IMG/VR virus record: IMGVR_UViG_3300028800_000004
Span: 1 to 64,000 of that record
Length of the DNA: 64,000 nucleotides
Direction: 5' to 3' (one strand)
Origin: a virus
Positions 15,229-22,868 of the stretch are shown here, piece by piece. The translations under genes were made by a program, and so were the position numbers. The notes under the pieces were generated by a model that worked only from the letters and a program-made list of their open reading frames with translations, searched no databases and was not told where the DNA came from. Numbering within the stretch: the first letter of the stretch is position 1; every line of letters starts with the position of its first letter.

Positions 15229-15680
15229 CCTTTGGACACGCACAAACGACAGAAACAGGAAAGGCTGGTTACTTGCCCACGGGTTTAGGGAGACGTGGGC
15301 AGAGAGGACATATTACGACCTTCCCCAGTACATCAGAGATCACTGGGAACACGAAAGTATCTCTTACTAACCCGGAGGCTGTGGTGGGTCAGATCGTATC
15401 AGCGAAGAAGAATGAGAAAGGAAACTACGTTCTGGAAGTTAAGCCCCTACCCGAGCACTCTGTGAGCGAGACAGGAGCTAATATCCATGTGGCGGGTACG
15501 GTTGGCTGGGCTGAGATTCTGCCCGGTCTTACCATCGAAGACCCGGATGGCAACCTACAGCAGTTAAGAGGGACGGTTGATATCAGGTATATCAACCCGT
15601 TTAGCTCAAAGAAGAAGAGGGGTAAGACAGGCAAGCCCTTGACTTCAGAAGATTTACGCAAAGCCGCAGACAAACTCTAG
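15225..15680 (+). CDS. GQIV...VAGT.GWAE family protein (paralog 1)
   Basis: Homologous to 16574 and 16868 from VVGQIVSAKKNEKGNYVLEVKP onward. Alternative GTG start at 15381/15384 after GGAGG. Confidence 0.6.
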   Translation: MTFGHAQTTETGKAGYLPTGLGRRGQRGHITTFPSTSEITGNTKVSLTNPEAVVGQIVSAKKNEKGNYVLEVKPLPEHSVSETGANIHVAGTVGWAEILPGLTIEDPDGNLQQLRGTVDIRYINPFSSKKKRGKTGKPLTSEDLRKAADKL

Positions 15681-15743
15681 TAGTTTCCCCGTAGCCGCCG
15701 TACCGGGGGGAGTCCAACCACGGCGGAAACTTAAGGAGAAGAC

Positions 15744-16205
15744 ATGCCAACAGCGGTACAGAATTTGCAAAAGCTCTTTCCGCAGGTTACTAACGTGGTC
15801 AACGCCAAGAGGGGTCTTCGAGTAGAAGTGACTAAACAGGACGCCTCTTCCGCGAAAGTCAAAAACCACAAAGCGTGTGCAATGGCTGTAGCTTGCAAGA
15901 GGAAGTTCAATCCAGATGGGGTTTTGTTCGGCGTCAGCACTGCCTACATGGTTAGGGGAAACACGGCAACCAGATACTCCGTTCCCCAATCCGTATCAAG
16001 AGAAGTGGTTTCGTTTGATCGAGGGGGAGCTAAATCTTTTGAACCGGGAGAGTACAGGCTCCTCCCCAACAAGACTCCGCTGGGGGTAAAGCACAGTCCT
16101 CCTCCTAAGAAGTCCCCGAACAGTAACAACGGAAATATGTGGAAGAGAGCATACCACCAAACAACGGGAATCAGGGCGCACCTCGGAAGCAATCAAGTAG
16201 TATAA
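15744..16205 (+). CDS. hypothetical protein
   Basis: TAAGGAGAAGAC precedes the ATG. 153 aa. Confidence 0.65.
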   Translation: MPTAVQNLQKLFPQVTNVVNAKRGLRVEVTKQDASSAKVKNHKACAMAVACKRKFNPDGVLFGVSTAYMVRGNTATRYSVPQSVSREVVSFDRGGAKSFEPGEYRLLPNKTPLGVKHSPPPKKSPNSNNGNMWKRAYHQTTGIRAHLGSNQVV

Positions 16206-16219
16206 GGAGGAGGGATTTT

Positions 16220-16336
16220 ATGTACGTTCCCATCGTGCTTTTGGGGTTTTTAGTTGTCCTGTCCCTTGTCGGCGTTAGTGCGATACAAGACGCTATCGTG
16301 TCGGCGTACCGCACATATCGCCTTACCAAAAAGTAA
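16220..16336 (+). CDS. small membrane protein (38 aa)
   Basis: AGGAGGAGGGATTTT precedes the ATG. MYVPIVLLGFLVVLSLVGV. Confidence 0.45.
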   Translation: MYVPIVLLGFLVVLSLVGVSAIQDAIVSAYRTYRLTKK

Positions 16337-16361
16337 TCTACCAGACAGCGGGTAAAAGAGT

Positions 16362-16391
16362 CCCTCAGCCTTCGGGCTGGGGGATTTTTTT
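16362..16391 (+). terminator. rho-independent terminator
   Basis: CCCTCAGCC-TTCG-GGCTGGGGG then A-T7. Confidence 0.85.
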
Positions 16392-16402
16392 GTCTTTAAA
16401 AG

Positions 16403-16416
16403 GTAAATCGCTTTAC
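16403..16416. promoter_or_regulatory. operator-like palindrome GTAAATCGCTTTAC
   Basis: Same family, located in the convergent intergenic region. Confidence 0.45.
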
Positions 16417-16463
16417 TAGTTTTCCGGCTTGCTGGGGTCCACGCCGCGTGCGGTGTCGAGTAG

Positions 16464-16477
16464 GTAAATCGATTTAT
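16464..16477. promoter_or_regulatory. operator-like palindrome GTAAATCGATTTAT
   Basis: Same family. Confidence 0.45.
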
Positions 16478-16529
16478 CTCGCCGGGAAATGGCATCTGGC
16501 GAGGGGTCGCGGAGCGGAATAAAAGGACC

Positions 16530-16555
16530 AAAAAAAACCCCAGCCGAAGCTGGGG
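16530..16555 (-). terminator. rho-independent terminator for the minus-strand pair
   Basis: Minus-strand read CCCCAGC-TTCG-GCTGGGG then T8. Confidence 0.85.
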
Positions 16556-16573
16556 CAAGGGTTTAAAAGGAAG

Positions 16574-16849
16574 TTACTTAAAGGGCACAGAAGGAATTGA
16601 GTTGTCTCTACGAGCCGGGACTACAAACAACCCGCTATGGTAGTTAGACGGGTACCGAATAGAGACGTTTGCCATTAGAGGCACATCGTTTCCATCGGGG
16701 TCTTTGTCATACAAGCCCGGTAAAGGCTCGTACCAGCTTGTTCCCGCGACCTGAACAGTCTTGACGCGAGAATTCCTAATCATACTAGGCTTGACTTCTA
16801 GAACGAAGTTGCCTTGTTCGTTTCGTGCGAAGGCTACTATCTGTCCCAT
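16574..16849 (-). CDS. GQIV...VAGT family protein (paralog 2)
   Basis: MGQIVAFARNEQGNFVLEVKP...VQVAGTSWYEPLPGL..DPDGN. AAGGAG RBS. Confidence 0.65.
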   Translation of the reverse strand: MGQIVAFARNEQGNFVLEVKPSMIRNSRVKTVQVAGTSWYEPLPGLYDKDPDGNDVPLMANVSIRYPSNYHSGLFVVPARRDNSIPSVPFK

Positions 16850-16867
16850 ACATCTCCTTTCGCACCG

Positions 16868-17182
16868 TTAAGCGGTTTTGCCCATTGAGGTTTGGGCCTT
16901 CTTCTTCAGGAGTTCAGCGGTAACTGGCTGACTCTTCTTGGTCGGCGAGGAGCTTCCCGTCTTGTACGGGTTGCGGTAGCGAACCTGAATTGCAGCCGTG
17001 AGAGGAACGGAACGACCTTCGGGGTCTTGTCCAGTAAGGTTAACCAAAGGCTCAGCCCACCCATTTGTCCCGGCAACCTGAACGGTGTCTCCGGACTTGC
17101 TGGCACGCTGGCTATCCAATGGTTTGAACTCGATAACGAAGTTTCCATTTTCCTTTACGGTTGCTGATACGATCTGCGCCAT
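16868..17182 (-). CDS. GQIV...VAGT family protein (paralog 3)
   Basis: Start taken at MAQIVSATVKENGNFVIEFKP (AAGGAGCAATAAA precedes the ATG at 17182). The tracked ORF extends to 17311. Confidence 0.65.
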   Translation of the reverse strand: MAQIVSATVKENGNFVIEFKPLDSQRASKSGDTVQVAGTNGWAEPLVNLTGQDPEGRSVPLTAAIQVRYRNPYKTGSSSPTKKSQPVTAELLKKKAQTSMGKTA

Positions 17183-17356
17183 TTTATTGCTCCTTTGTTG
17201 CGGGTTTTGGGCTATAGTCGAATGGTAGCCTACCACTAGCCCGGAAAGTTTTTCCGAACTGTTCTCCACTTTATATTTTTCGATTTTCGCCGTCCGGTCA
17301 ATTGTGCTCACTTTGAAGAAAATGTGCGTAAATCGTTTGTTTTCAACAGTTTACGG

Positions 17357-17390
17357 CGCGACGCTCGACACTCGACGCTCGACATTCGAA
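17357..17390. repeat. tandem 7-nt CTCGAC(A/G) iteron-like repeats
   Basis: GCGCGACG CTCGACA CTCGACG CTCGACA TTCGAAA. Confidence 0.8.
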
Positions 17391-17632
17391 AAAAGAGGCT
17401 GGAGACTCGGGTGTATAGGCTCTAGGTACGTCACTGGTCGTATGTCTGTTGCTCTCGGCGGCAGAGTCGCGCAAAGAGCCATGCCGTTTAGGTGCTCCCC
17501 CCGTACTGAGCGGGAGACACAATTTTTTTCGGCGGCGGCAAAAAATTTTTCGCACTATATATGGGCGACCGTGTGGAAAACTTTTCTTCGAGCTTTTGCA
17601 AATTGTTGAAAATAAAGATTTTAAAAATTTTC

Positions 17633-17661
17633 TTGACAATTTTTTTCCGGCGCTATAAATT
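17633..17661 (+). promoter_or_regulatory. sigma70-like early promoter
   Basis: TTAAAAATTTTC then TTGACA-N17-TAAATT. TGTGGAAAAC at 17572-17581. Confidence 0.55.
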
Positions 17662-17714
17662 TTTGTCATCGGCGCAACGGCGACGTTGGGCGGAAATCCG
17701 AAACTGGAGGGGGT

Positions 17715-17996
17715 ATGGACCCCGTTCAAGAAATCCATCTGAATCTCCAAGACCTCGATTGGTCCTCAGTCGTTGGTCTGGAGTTGCGCGGCTCTCGTGA
17801 TGTTTATAAGGGTGCCGAGTATTCTCATTCTATTGAGGATAACTTCAACCCTCAATACGTGTCCGTTTTCATCAAGCAGAAAAACCAAAATGTTAGCTGG
17901 ATTGGGGATGAGCCTAATCTTGCGTCGGCTAAAACCTTCGCAAATTCATTGGGCGGTATTCATCACATCCCAGTTAAGGATTATGTGAGGGAGTAA
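17715..17996 (+). CDS. hypothetical protein
   Basis: GGAGGGGGT precedes the ATG. 93 aa. Confidence 0.65.
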   Translation: MDPVQEIHLNLQDLDWSSVVGLELRGSRDVYKGAEYSHSIEDNFNPQYVSVFIKQKNQNVSWIGDEPNLASAKTFANSLGGIHHIPVKDYVRE

Positions 17997-18277
17997 TGTT
18001 CGCTGGAGTCGGTTTCGCAGATAAGTTCACGAATGACAACTTCAATATTCGCAGGAGCATGGGCAATTGGTATGATCCTGAGAGTTTGATATCGGGCAAA
18101 GAGATTGCGCGTGGGATGACTTATAAGAATTCCAAACGCAACTGGGTTGCGGAGTTCCATTACCTCGAAGCCGTTGAGGGAAGAATGTCCGTAGAGGATA
18201 TCTTGGCCACGGCTCCTAGAGAGTTTACCCCCATGACTCCGTGGGATTTTGTGGAAGAGGAGGACGAAGGACTGTGA
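17996..18277 (+). CDS. hypothetical protein
   Basis: ATG overlaps the stop (TAATG). 93 aa. Confidence 0.6.
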   Translation: MFAGVGFADKFTNDNFNIRRSMGNWYDPESLISGKEIARGMTYKNSKRNWVAEFHYLEAVEGRMSVEDILATAPREFTPMTPWDFVEEEDEGL

Positions 18278-18405
18278 AGAAATTCGTTTTGGAAAGCTGG
18301 ACGCGCAGTGTAGTAGTCGAGGCGAAAGACATTTTCGAAGCAGTTAGAAAAGCGGAAGGGGTTATCCACTTCCGGAAAGGTTACGAGGTCAAAGAGAAAG
18401 CATGA
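18274..18405 (+). CDS. hypothetical small protein (43 aa, GTG start)
   Basis: GTGA and ATGA overlaps at both ends keep coupling with the neighbours. Confidence 0.4.
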   Translation: MKKFVLESWTRSVVVEAKDIFEAVRKAEGVIHFRKGYEVKEKA

Positions 18406-18611
18406 TTACCGAAACGAAGAGGTACGACGTACACGTTCAAGGGCAGATTCACGGACTGGTGGATGATGAATACATCCACACATACACCGTGGACCACAAA
18501 CCCGCCAGCATGGACGAAGTGGCGAAGATCGCGGGAGACTTTCAAAGTCTCAAGAAGGTTCGGGTGGAAGAGATCGTCATCCGGACAGAAAAGAGATTGA
18601 TTAAGCTGTGA
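18402..18611 (+). CDS. hypothetical protein
   Basis: 69-aa ORF, coupled start. Confidence 0.6.
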   Translation: MITETKRYDVHVQGQIHGLVDDEYIHTYTVDHKPASMDEVAKIAGDFQSLKKVRVEEIVIRTEKRLIKL

Positions 18612-18970
18612 GACGCCAACGAGGAACGATTTACTTTACCGATTCGCAGGTGGTTTTGGTAAAGCCGAAGGATGGAGTTAGGTTCCAACTGGACGAGCTT
18701 CAGAAGGCGGTTCAAGGGTACATCGAGCAAGTCCCCGCGTTGGATAGGTCAACAACTGTTTGGGCAAACGAAGAAAGCTGGTTACAAGAGCCTGTTCCTC
18801 CCCCAAACCCTCACGCTCAATCTGTTGTGGCGGTAGACAAGGTACTTACCGTAGACGGCACTATCAGAGGGAATATGATCGGTATCTACACGATTAAGCC
18901 CGATGAAGACGCCAACGAGGTAGACAAAGGCCGAGTAACCGTGGAGGAAGCGTATGCTGTACGAGGCTAG
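18608..18970 (+). CDS. hypothetical protein
   Basis: 120-aa ORF. GTG start overlaps the stop. Confidence 0.55.
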   Translation: MRRQRGTIYFTDSQVVLVKPKDGVRFQLDELQKAVQGYIEQVPALDRSTTVWANEESWLQEPVPPPNPHAQSVVAVDKVLTVDGTIRGNMIGIYTIKPDEDANEVDKGRVTVEEAYAVRG

Positions 18971-19136
18971 GTTCAGCAAAGAGGACGAAATCATAGTATT
19001 TGAACGAGTTACCTCTGAGGAAGTGAATATTATCTTCAGAGAGAACGTAACAGAACATACGCGATTTACCAGCGTGAGAAGGATACATGACGTTACTGGA
19101 AGCAAAAAGCTTAGCGGAGAGCGTACTGGGGTATGA
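18954..19136 (+). CDS. hypothetical protein
   Basis: 60-aa ORF. Overlaps the next gene by 50 nt. Confidence 0.4.
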   Translation: MLYEARFSKEDEIIVFERVTSEEVNIIFRENVTEHTRFTSVRRIHDVTGSKKLSGERTGV

Positions 19137-19485
19137 GGTACTGACTCCAGAAACTTTAGTTACCAGAATCTACAACGCAGTGTGTATGAGGGAGGACAAT
19201 ACTTTCAGAGTTTATGGCGATGGTGTATTGTTGGGCGAAAGTTCAGAAGGTCCCAGCAAGGCTTGGGAAGAGGCTTCATTAAATCTTCCCGACGATTTTT
19301 ACAAACCCTTCAGGGTGGAAACCACTCTCACTGAAATCTTTTACAGAAAGGAGAGCGATGAAGAAGATCATCCCCCCGGTTCCTGTGATCGTACATCGTC
19401 TGAGCGTCCGTCGCTTAGAGGTTGCAGTAACAGTAGCAGGAGTATCCCTTATACTCGGGACGGTACTCCACAGCGAAGCATTTAA
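19087..19485 (+). CDS. hypothetical protein
   Basis: 132-aa ORF. Its C-terminal 128 nt overlap 19358..19549. Confidence 0.5.
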   Translation: MTLLEAKSLAESVLGYEVLTPETLVTRIYNAVCMREDNTFRVYGDGVLLGESSEGPSKAWEEASLNLPDDFYKPFRVETTLTEIFYRKESDEEDHPPGSCDRTSSERPSLRGCSNSSRSIPYTRDGTPQRSI

Positions 19486-19549
19486 GCACTGCTTCGAAAT
19501 CACCATCGTTCCTTGTTTGGAAGCAATTGTTTCCCGTAGGATCGAATAA
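19358..19549 (+). CDS. small membrane protein
   Basis: AAAGGAGAGCG precedes the ATG. Hydrophobic AVTVAGVSLILGTVL segment. Confidence 0.5.
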   Translation: MKKIIPPVPVIVHRLSVRRLEVAVTVAGVSLILGTVLHSEAFKHCFEITIVPCLEAIVSRRIE

Positions 19550-19631
19550 CCTGCCGGGGGAAACCCCGGTTGGACTCACAGAGAGCCTTCACGCGGCGAG
19601 TCTGAGCACCTACCAATCTCTAGGAGAGAAC

Positions 19632-19877
19632 ATGAAAATCGAAATATCGAAGAACGAAAGTGTAGCCATAAAGGGGGATCAAATACCCCGTGGCCGCATC
19701 GCAAAAGTTGTTGGCTCGGATTTGTATATCTTTCGAACCCGATCCTCAACGTCAACAGGCGAAGTAATTAGGGTATGGGTGGCGGGTAATGATTTTGAAT
19801 CCATACGCCTAGACGCAATTTCAACTTGGGAAGTTGAACTTCTTCCAGAGGGAACAACAGTAACTTTCACCTTTTAG
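19632..19877 (+). CDS. hypothetical protein
   Basis: TAGGAGAGAAC precedes the ATG. 81 aa. Confidence 0.6.
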   Translation: MKIEISKNESVAIKGDQIPRGRIAKVVGSDLYIFRTRSSTSTGEVIRVWVAGNDFESIRLDAISTWEVELLPEGTTVTFTF

Positions 19878-19885
19878 GAGAGAAC

Positions 19886-20122
19886 ATGAGACTCGAATTC
19901 GTAGAACCTAATGAGAACTGCGAAATCAAGATGGGCACATTCCAATTTACGGAGAACGGTGCCCATGTTGAGTGTGATTTCTTCGTAAAAACCTGTGTGG
20001 GGGACGTTACCAAACAGGCCGACGACTACAATGAGCAGCTAGCCGATCAATGGGATGCTTTGAGCGACAAAGGAATCAAGGATATCTCATACACGGAAGT
20101 TGTTCCTAACCCAATTTTCTGA
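19886..20122 (+). CDS. hypothetical acidic protein
   Basis: TAGGAGAGAAC precedes the ATG, the same RBS context as 19632. Confidence 0.6.
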   Translation: MRLEFVEPNENCEIKMGTFQFTENGAHVECDFFVKTCVGDVTKQADDYNEQLADQWDALSDKGIKDISYTEVVPNPIF

Positions 20123-20130
20123 GGAGAAGC

Positions 20131-20358
20131 ATGGTAATAAGCAAAGCAATTCTGGTCAATAAGGACTTGGGAGATATCGGAACCATCGCTTCCCATGTTC
20201 CTATCGGGTTTGTTTACGAAGTTCAACCAGAAAGCATTCGGGATGCTGAAGTGGAAGTGGATGGGAAGATCACCACATTTCAATTGATTTTAACCAAACA
20301 AGATGACGGAAGCTGGGGATGGTTCCCTCTCTCCGCGCTCAGACTGGAGGACAACTAA
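20131..20358 (+). CDS. GW(F/L)P small-protein family (copy 1)
   Basis: ISKAILVNKDLGDIG...DGSWGWFPLSALRLED. Tandem paralogs follow. Confidence 0.6.
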   Translation: MVISKAILVNKDLGDIGTIASHVPIGFVYEVQPESIRDAEVEVDGKITTFQLILTKQDDGSWGWFPLSALRLEDN

Positions 20359-20606
20359 TGAAGGCAGTACTCATTGGGTACGACACAAAGTTTGGGGCGG
20401 TAAATGTCACGAGGGAGACACCCTTAGGTACGGAGTTTGAGATAGACTTATCCCAGATTCTAACTTGGAGGATGAGAAACGACAGGGATCGTATCACGGT
20501 TGACGTTCCTATGGTCATGATTATTTCTCCAGAATCGGAAAAAGGGTGGTTTCCCAAAGAACTTCTACTCATCGAAGGAGAGACGAATGAAAGCAACGCT
20601 CATTAA
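20358..20606 (+). CDS. GW(F/L)P small-protein family (copy 2)
   Basis: MKAVLIGYD...PLGTEFEID...EKGWFPKELLLIEGE. Confidence 0.6.
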   Translation: MKAVLIGYDTKFGAVNVTRETPLGTEFEIDLSQILTWRMRNDRDRITVDVPMVMIISPESEKGWFPKELLLIEGETNESNAH

Positions 20607-20883
20607 GAAGGAGAGTCTGGGTGATGTACCCGGAATCAAGGACGAAATTCCTTTGGGGACTGTATACCAAGTGGACCCAACCAGAATGTCCATCCACTTC
20701 CTGCAAAACAAGAAAAGTGGGAAAATAACCCCGGTTCCTTCTATTTGGGCGGACCCCGGAGACGGAGCAAGAGCCGGGTGGCTTCCATTAGAGTTTCTGA
20801 AAATGGAGCCTACCACCGAAGAAGAAATCATGCTGGCGATGGAAGACGGTGTTGAAGACTTTTCACCCAAATACATGAACTAG
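20587..20883 (+). CDS. GW(F/L)P small-protein family (copy 3)
   Basis: MKATLIKKESLGDVPG...PLGTVYQVD...RAGWLPLEFLKMEP. Confidence 0.6.
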   Translation: MKATLIKKESLGDVPGIKDEIPLGTVYQVDPTRMSIHFLQNKKSGKITPVPSIWADPGDGARAGWLPLEFLKMEPTTEEEIMLAMEDGVEDFSPKYMN

Positions 20884-20891
20884 GAGGAAAC

Positions 20892-21347
20892 ATGATTCTT
20901 TACCACGGCACTGCCGACGTATACCTTCCGAGTATCCTCAAGGAGGGGTTGAAGCCAAATCCTGATAACGTGTGGAAAGCCAAATGGCCCTCCGGCGACA
21001 CCATCGTTTCTACTGAAGAACAAGGGGTAGTCTACCTTACCACCAAGAAAGCAGACGCACAGATGATGGCTGACGCAAGGGCCAGTTACCTGAAAACAGA
21101 CAGAGGAGGAAAGTTTCTTTTCACCGCTAAACCGGACCCCTTCGTATTGAGTTTTATAGGGTTCAAGAAGGACGAGGACGCTCCTGTGGTGAAAACCGCG
21201 AAGCCCGTAATTCTTCGTATTGAGGTCGAGAGTAAAATCTTCCTCAAGCCTGATCCTCACTTCGACAGCGGTAAAGGAACTGGATTCATGTACAAGGGAT
21301 TTATCCCCCCGGAGAAAATCTCGGTGTTGACAAAAAATTCTCGATGA
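20892..21347 (+). CDS. ADP-ribosyltransferase-fold protein, Tpt1/KptA NAD-lobe-like
   Basis: ILYHGTADVYLPSILKEGLKP ... VVYLTT ... PVILRIEVE parallels KptA FLYHGTASRFLDEIKKQGL ... YVHLS ... PVILTV. It lacks the N-terminal RNA-binding lobe. Confidence 0.45.
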   Translation: MILYHGTADVYLPSILKEGLKPNPDNVWKAKWPSGDTIVSTEEQGVVYLTTKKADAQMMADARASYLKTDRGGKFLFTAKPDPFVLSFIGFKKDEDAPVVKTAKPVILRIEVESKIFLKPDPHFDSGKGTGFMYKGFIPPEKISVLTKNSR

Positions 21348-21353
21348 GGTAAA

Positions 21354-21674
21354 GTGAAAATGTGGCGAATCACAACGGAACACAAAAACATGGGGAAAAT
21401 CCGGGAGATATTGCTAGCAAACAGCATACCGGATTATACCATGATCCCAGCCGTGGGAAGCTGGAAGGGCGTAGAAGAGGACTCCTTAATCATTGAGGTA
21501 TCTGGAGATAACTCCTTTTACCGAATTGCAAAGATAGCCTCCCAAATAGCGATAGAGAACCAACAGGAGAGTGTGATGATACAGAGAATCAAAGATCATC
21601 CACAATTCATAACCAAAGAAGATTTTGGCATTTACACAGGAGAAGCATGTCTGAACACAAGTACCATTTCGTAG
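21354..21674 (+). CDS. hypothetical protein
   Basis: 106-aa ORF (GTG/ATG start region). Confidence 0.55.
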   Translation: MKMWRITTEHKNMGKIREILLANSIPDYTMIPAVGSWKGVEEDSLIIEVSGDNSFYRIAKIASQIAIENQQESVMIQRIKDHPQFITKEDFGIYTGEACLNTSTIS

Positions 21675-22021
21675 TCAATGAGCAGGATGTGGATTATATT
21701 CGCATCCTCCGAGAAGCCCCACGGCAAACTCCGTTTATTCTGGTGGAGGAGAAAACCAGAACCAACCAGCCAAAAGTATCCGTACTTCTGGTACATAAGT
21801 CCGTTCTCAACAACCCTGAACTTCAGGGCCTTCGGTTGGGAACTGGAGAGGTTTCCCCGACTTGGGGAGGCGATACTGAGTTGGGAGAGATTGAAAAACT
21901 TCACTCCTATCGGTATGTTTGGTACAATAAGAAGTTCCCCGGAATTATCAAGCAGCAGATCGAGGCAATCCGGAGGACTCTAAATCCCAAAAACACGAAG
22001 GTTGCGGTTACATACCTGTGA
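21647..22021 (+). CDS. hypothetical protein
   Basis: CAGGAGAAGC precedes the ATG. 124 aa. Confidence 0.6.
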   Translation: MSEHKYHFVVNEQDVDYIRILREAPRQTPFILVEEKTRTNQPKVSVLLVHKSVLNNPELQGLRLGTGEVSPTWGGDTELGEIEKLHSYRYVWYNKKFPGIIKQQIEAIRRTLNPKNTKVAVTYL

Positions 22022-22094
22022 TCTTCCGGGGGTTCTCCCCCGTAATGCGGCCATAGACGGTGACAAGCCCGTAAACGCAGAGTCAGAGGAGAAT

Positions 22095-22352
22095 ATGATT
22101 ACTACAAAGAAACCACCACTGCAAGTGATGGCGCAGGACCTTCCGGACGGGGCGTACGCTTTAGATTCAAAAGGCGTTCTAGTCCTCAAGGTGTCGGGAA
22201 GGTATTGTTTCCACGAAGGATTGAGGGACTGGGATAGAATCCTTAACATTCCTTCTGCCCAATTCGGAAAATACGGGGGATCGGACTACTTCACTCCCTT
22301 GATTGACAACCAAATCACCATAACCACGAATTCTGAAGCAAAGAATCTGTAA
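22095..22352 (+). CDS. hypothetical protein
   Basis: AGAGGAGAAT precedes the ATG. 85 aa. Confidence 0.55.
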   Translation: MITTKKPPLQVMAQDLPDGAYALDSKGVLVLKVSGRYCFHEGLRDWDRILNIPSAQFGKYGGSDYFTPLIDNQITITTNSEAKNL

Positions 22353-22357
22353 ACAAC

Positions 22358-22431
22358 GGGTCATTAGCTCAATGCAGAGCAACGCCCTTTTAAGGCGGAG
22401 GTTCTAGGTTCAAACCCCAGATGACCCACCA
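22358..22431 (+). tRNA. tRNA-Lys (UUU)
   Basis: GGGTCAT/ATGACCC acceptor, anticodon arm ACGCC-CTTTTAA-GGCGG, T loop TTCAAAC, CCA encoded. Confidence 0.75.
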
Positions 22432-22433
22432 CC

Positions 22434-22508
22434 GGGGCTATAGCTCAATGGCAGAGCAGGGGACTCATAATCCCTTGGTTCTAGGTTCGAGTCCTAGTGG
22501 CCCCACCA
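22434..22508 (+). tRNA. tRNA-Met (CAU; elongator-type or Ile2)
   Basis: GGGGCTA/TGGCCCC acceptor, GGGGA-CTCATAA-TCCCT, CTAGG-TTCGAGT-CCTAG, CCA encoded. The G1-C72 pair argues against an initiator. Confidence 0.85.
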
Positions 22509-22521
22509 AGAATGGAGAAAA

Positions 22522-22767
22522 ATGGCGAAAGTAAAAGCACAAGCAACTACTGACGAATTTAAGCCGGGGAGAAAGGTAAAGGACTATGATTATCCCGTCC
22601 TTCTCAAATCCACTGAAAGCGACTTGTTAGTGGTTAAATTGTCGAATAGCGTAGTATTCGCTATTTCAAGCAGTGGGAGAGTCACTGCTTACGACGAGCC
22701 GGAGACCTACGGAGATTTGTACTTGCCCGTAAATGGCACTATCGTTTTAACTTTCACGAACGACTAA
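22522..22767 (+). CDS. hypothetical protein between tRNAs
   Basis: ATGGAGAAAA precedes the ATG. 81 aa. Confidence 0.6.
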   Translation: MAKVKAQATTDEFKPGRKVKDYDYPVLLKSTESDLLVVKLSNSVVFAISSSGRVTAYDEPETYGDLYLPVNGTIVLTFTND

Positions 22768-22771
22768 CCGT

Positions 22772-22849
22772 GGTCCCGTAGCTCAGATGGATTAGAGCAT
22801 CTGCCTTCTAAGCAGAGGGTCGCAGGTTCGAGTCCTGCCGGGACCACCA
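22772..22849 (+). tRNA. tRNA-Arg (UCU)
   Basis: GGTCCCG/CGGGACC acceptor, TCTGC-CTTCTAA-GCAGA, GCAGG-TTCGAGT-CCTGC, CCA encoded. Confidence 0.9.
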
Positions 22850-22868
22850 AGACAAGCGAAGGAGGAGG

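Noticed and set aside
17304-17800. ORFs 17304..17609, 17343..17750, 17449..17658 and 17561..17800
   Set aside because: They are mutually overlapping on both strands, run through A/T tracts, repeats and the 17633 promoter, and have no RBS.
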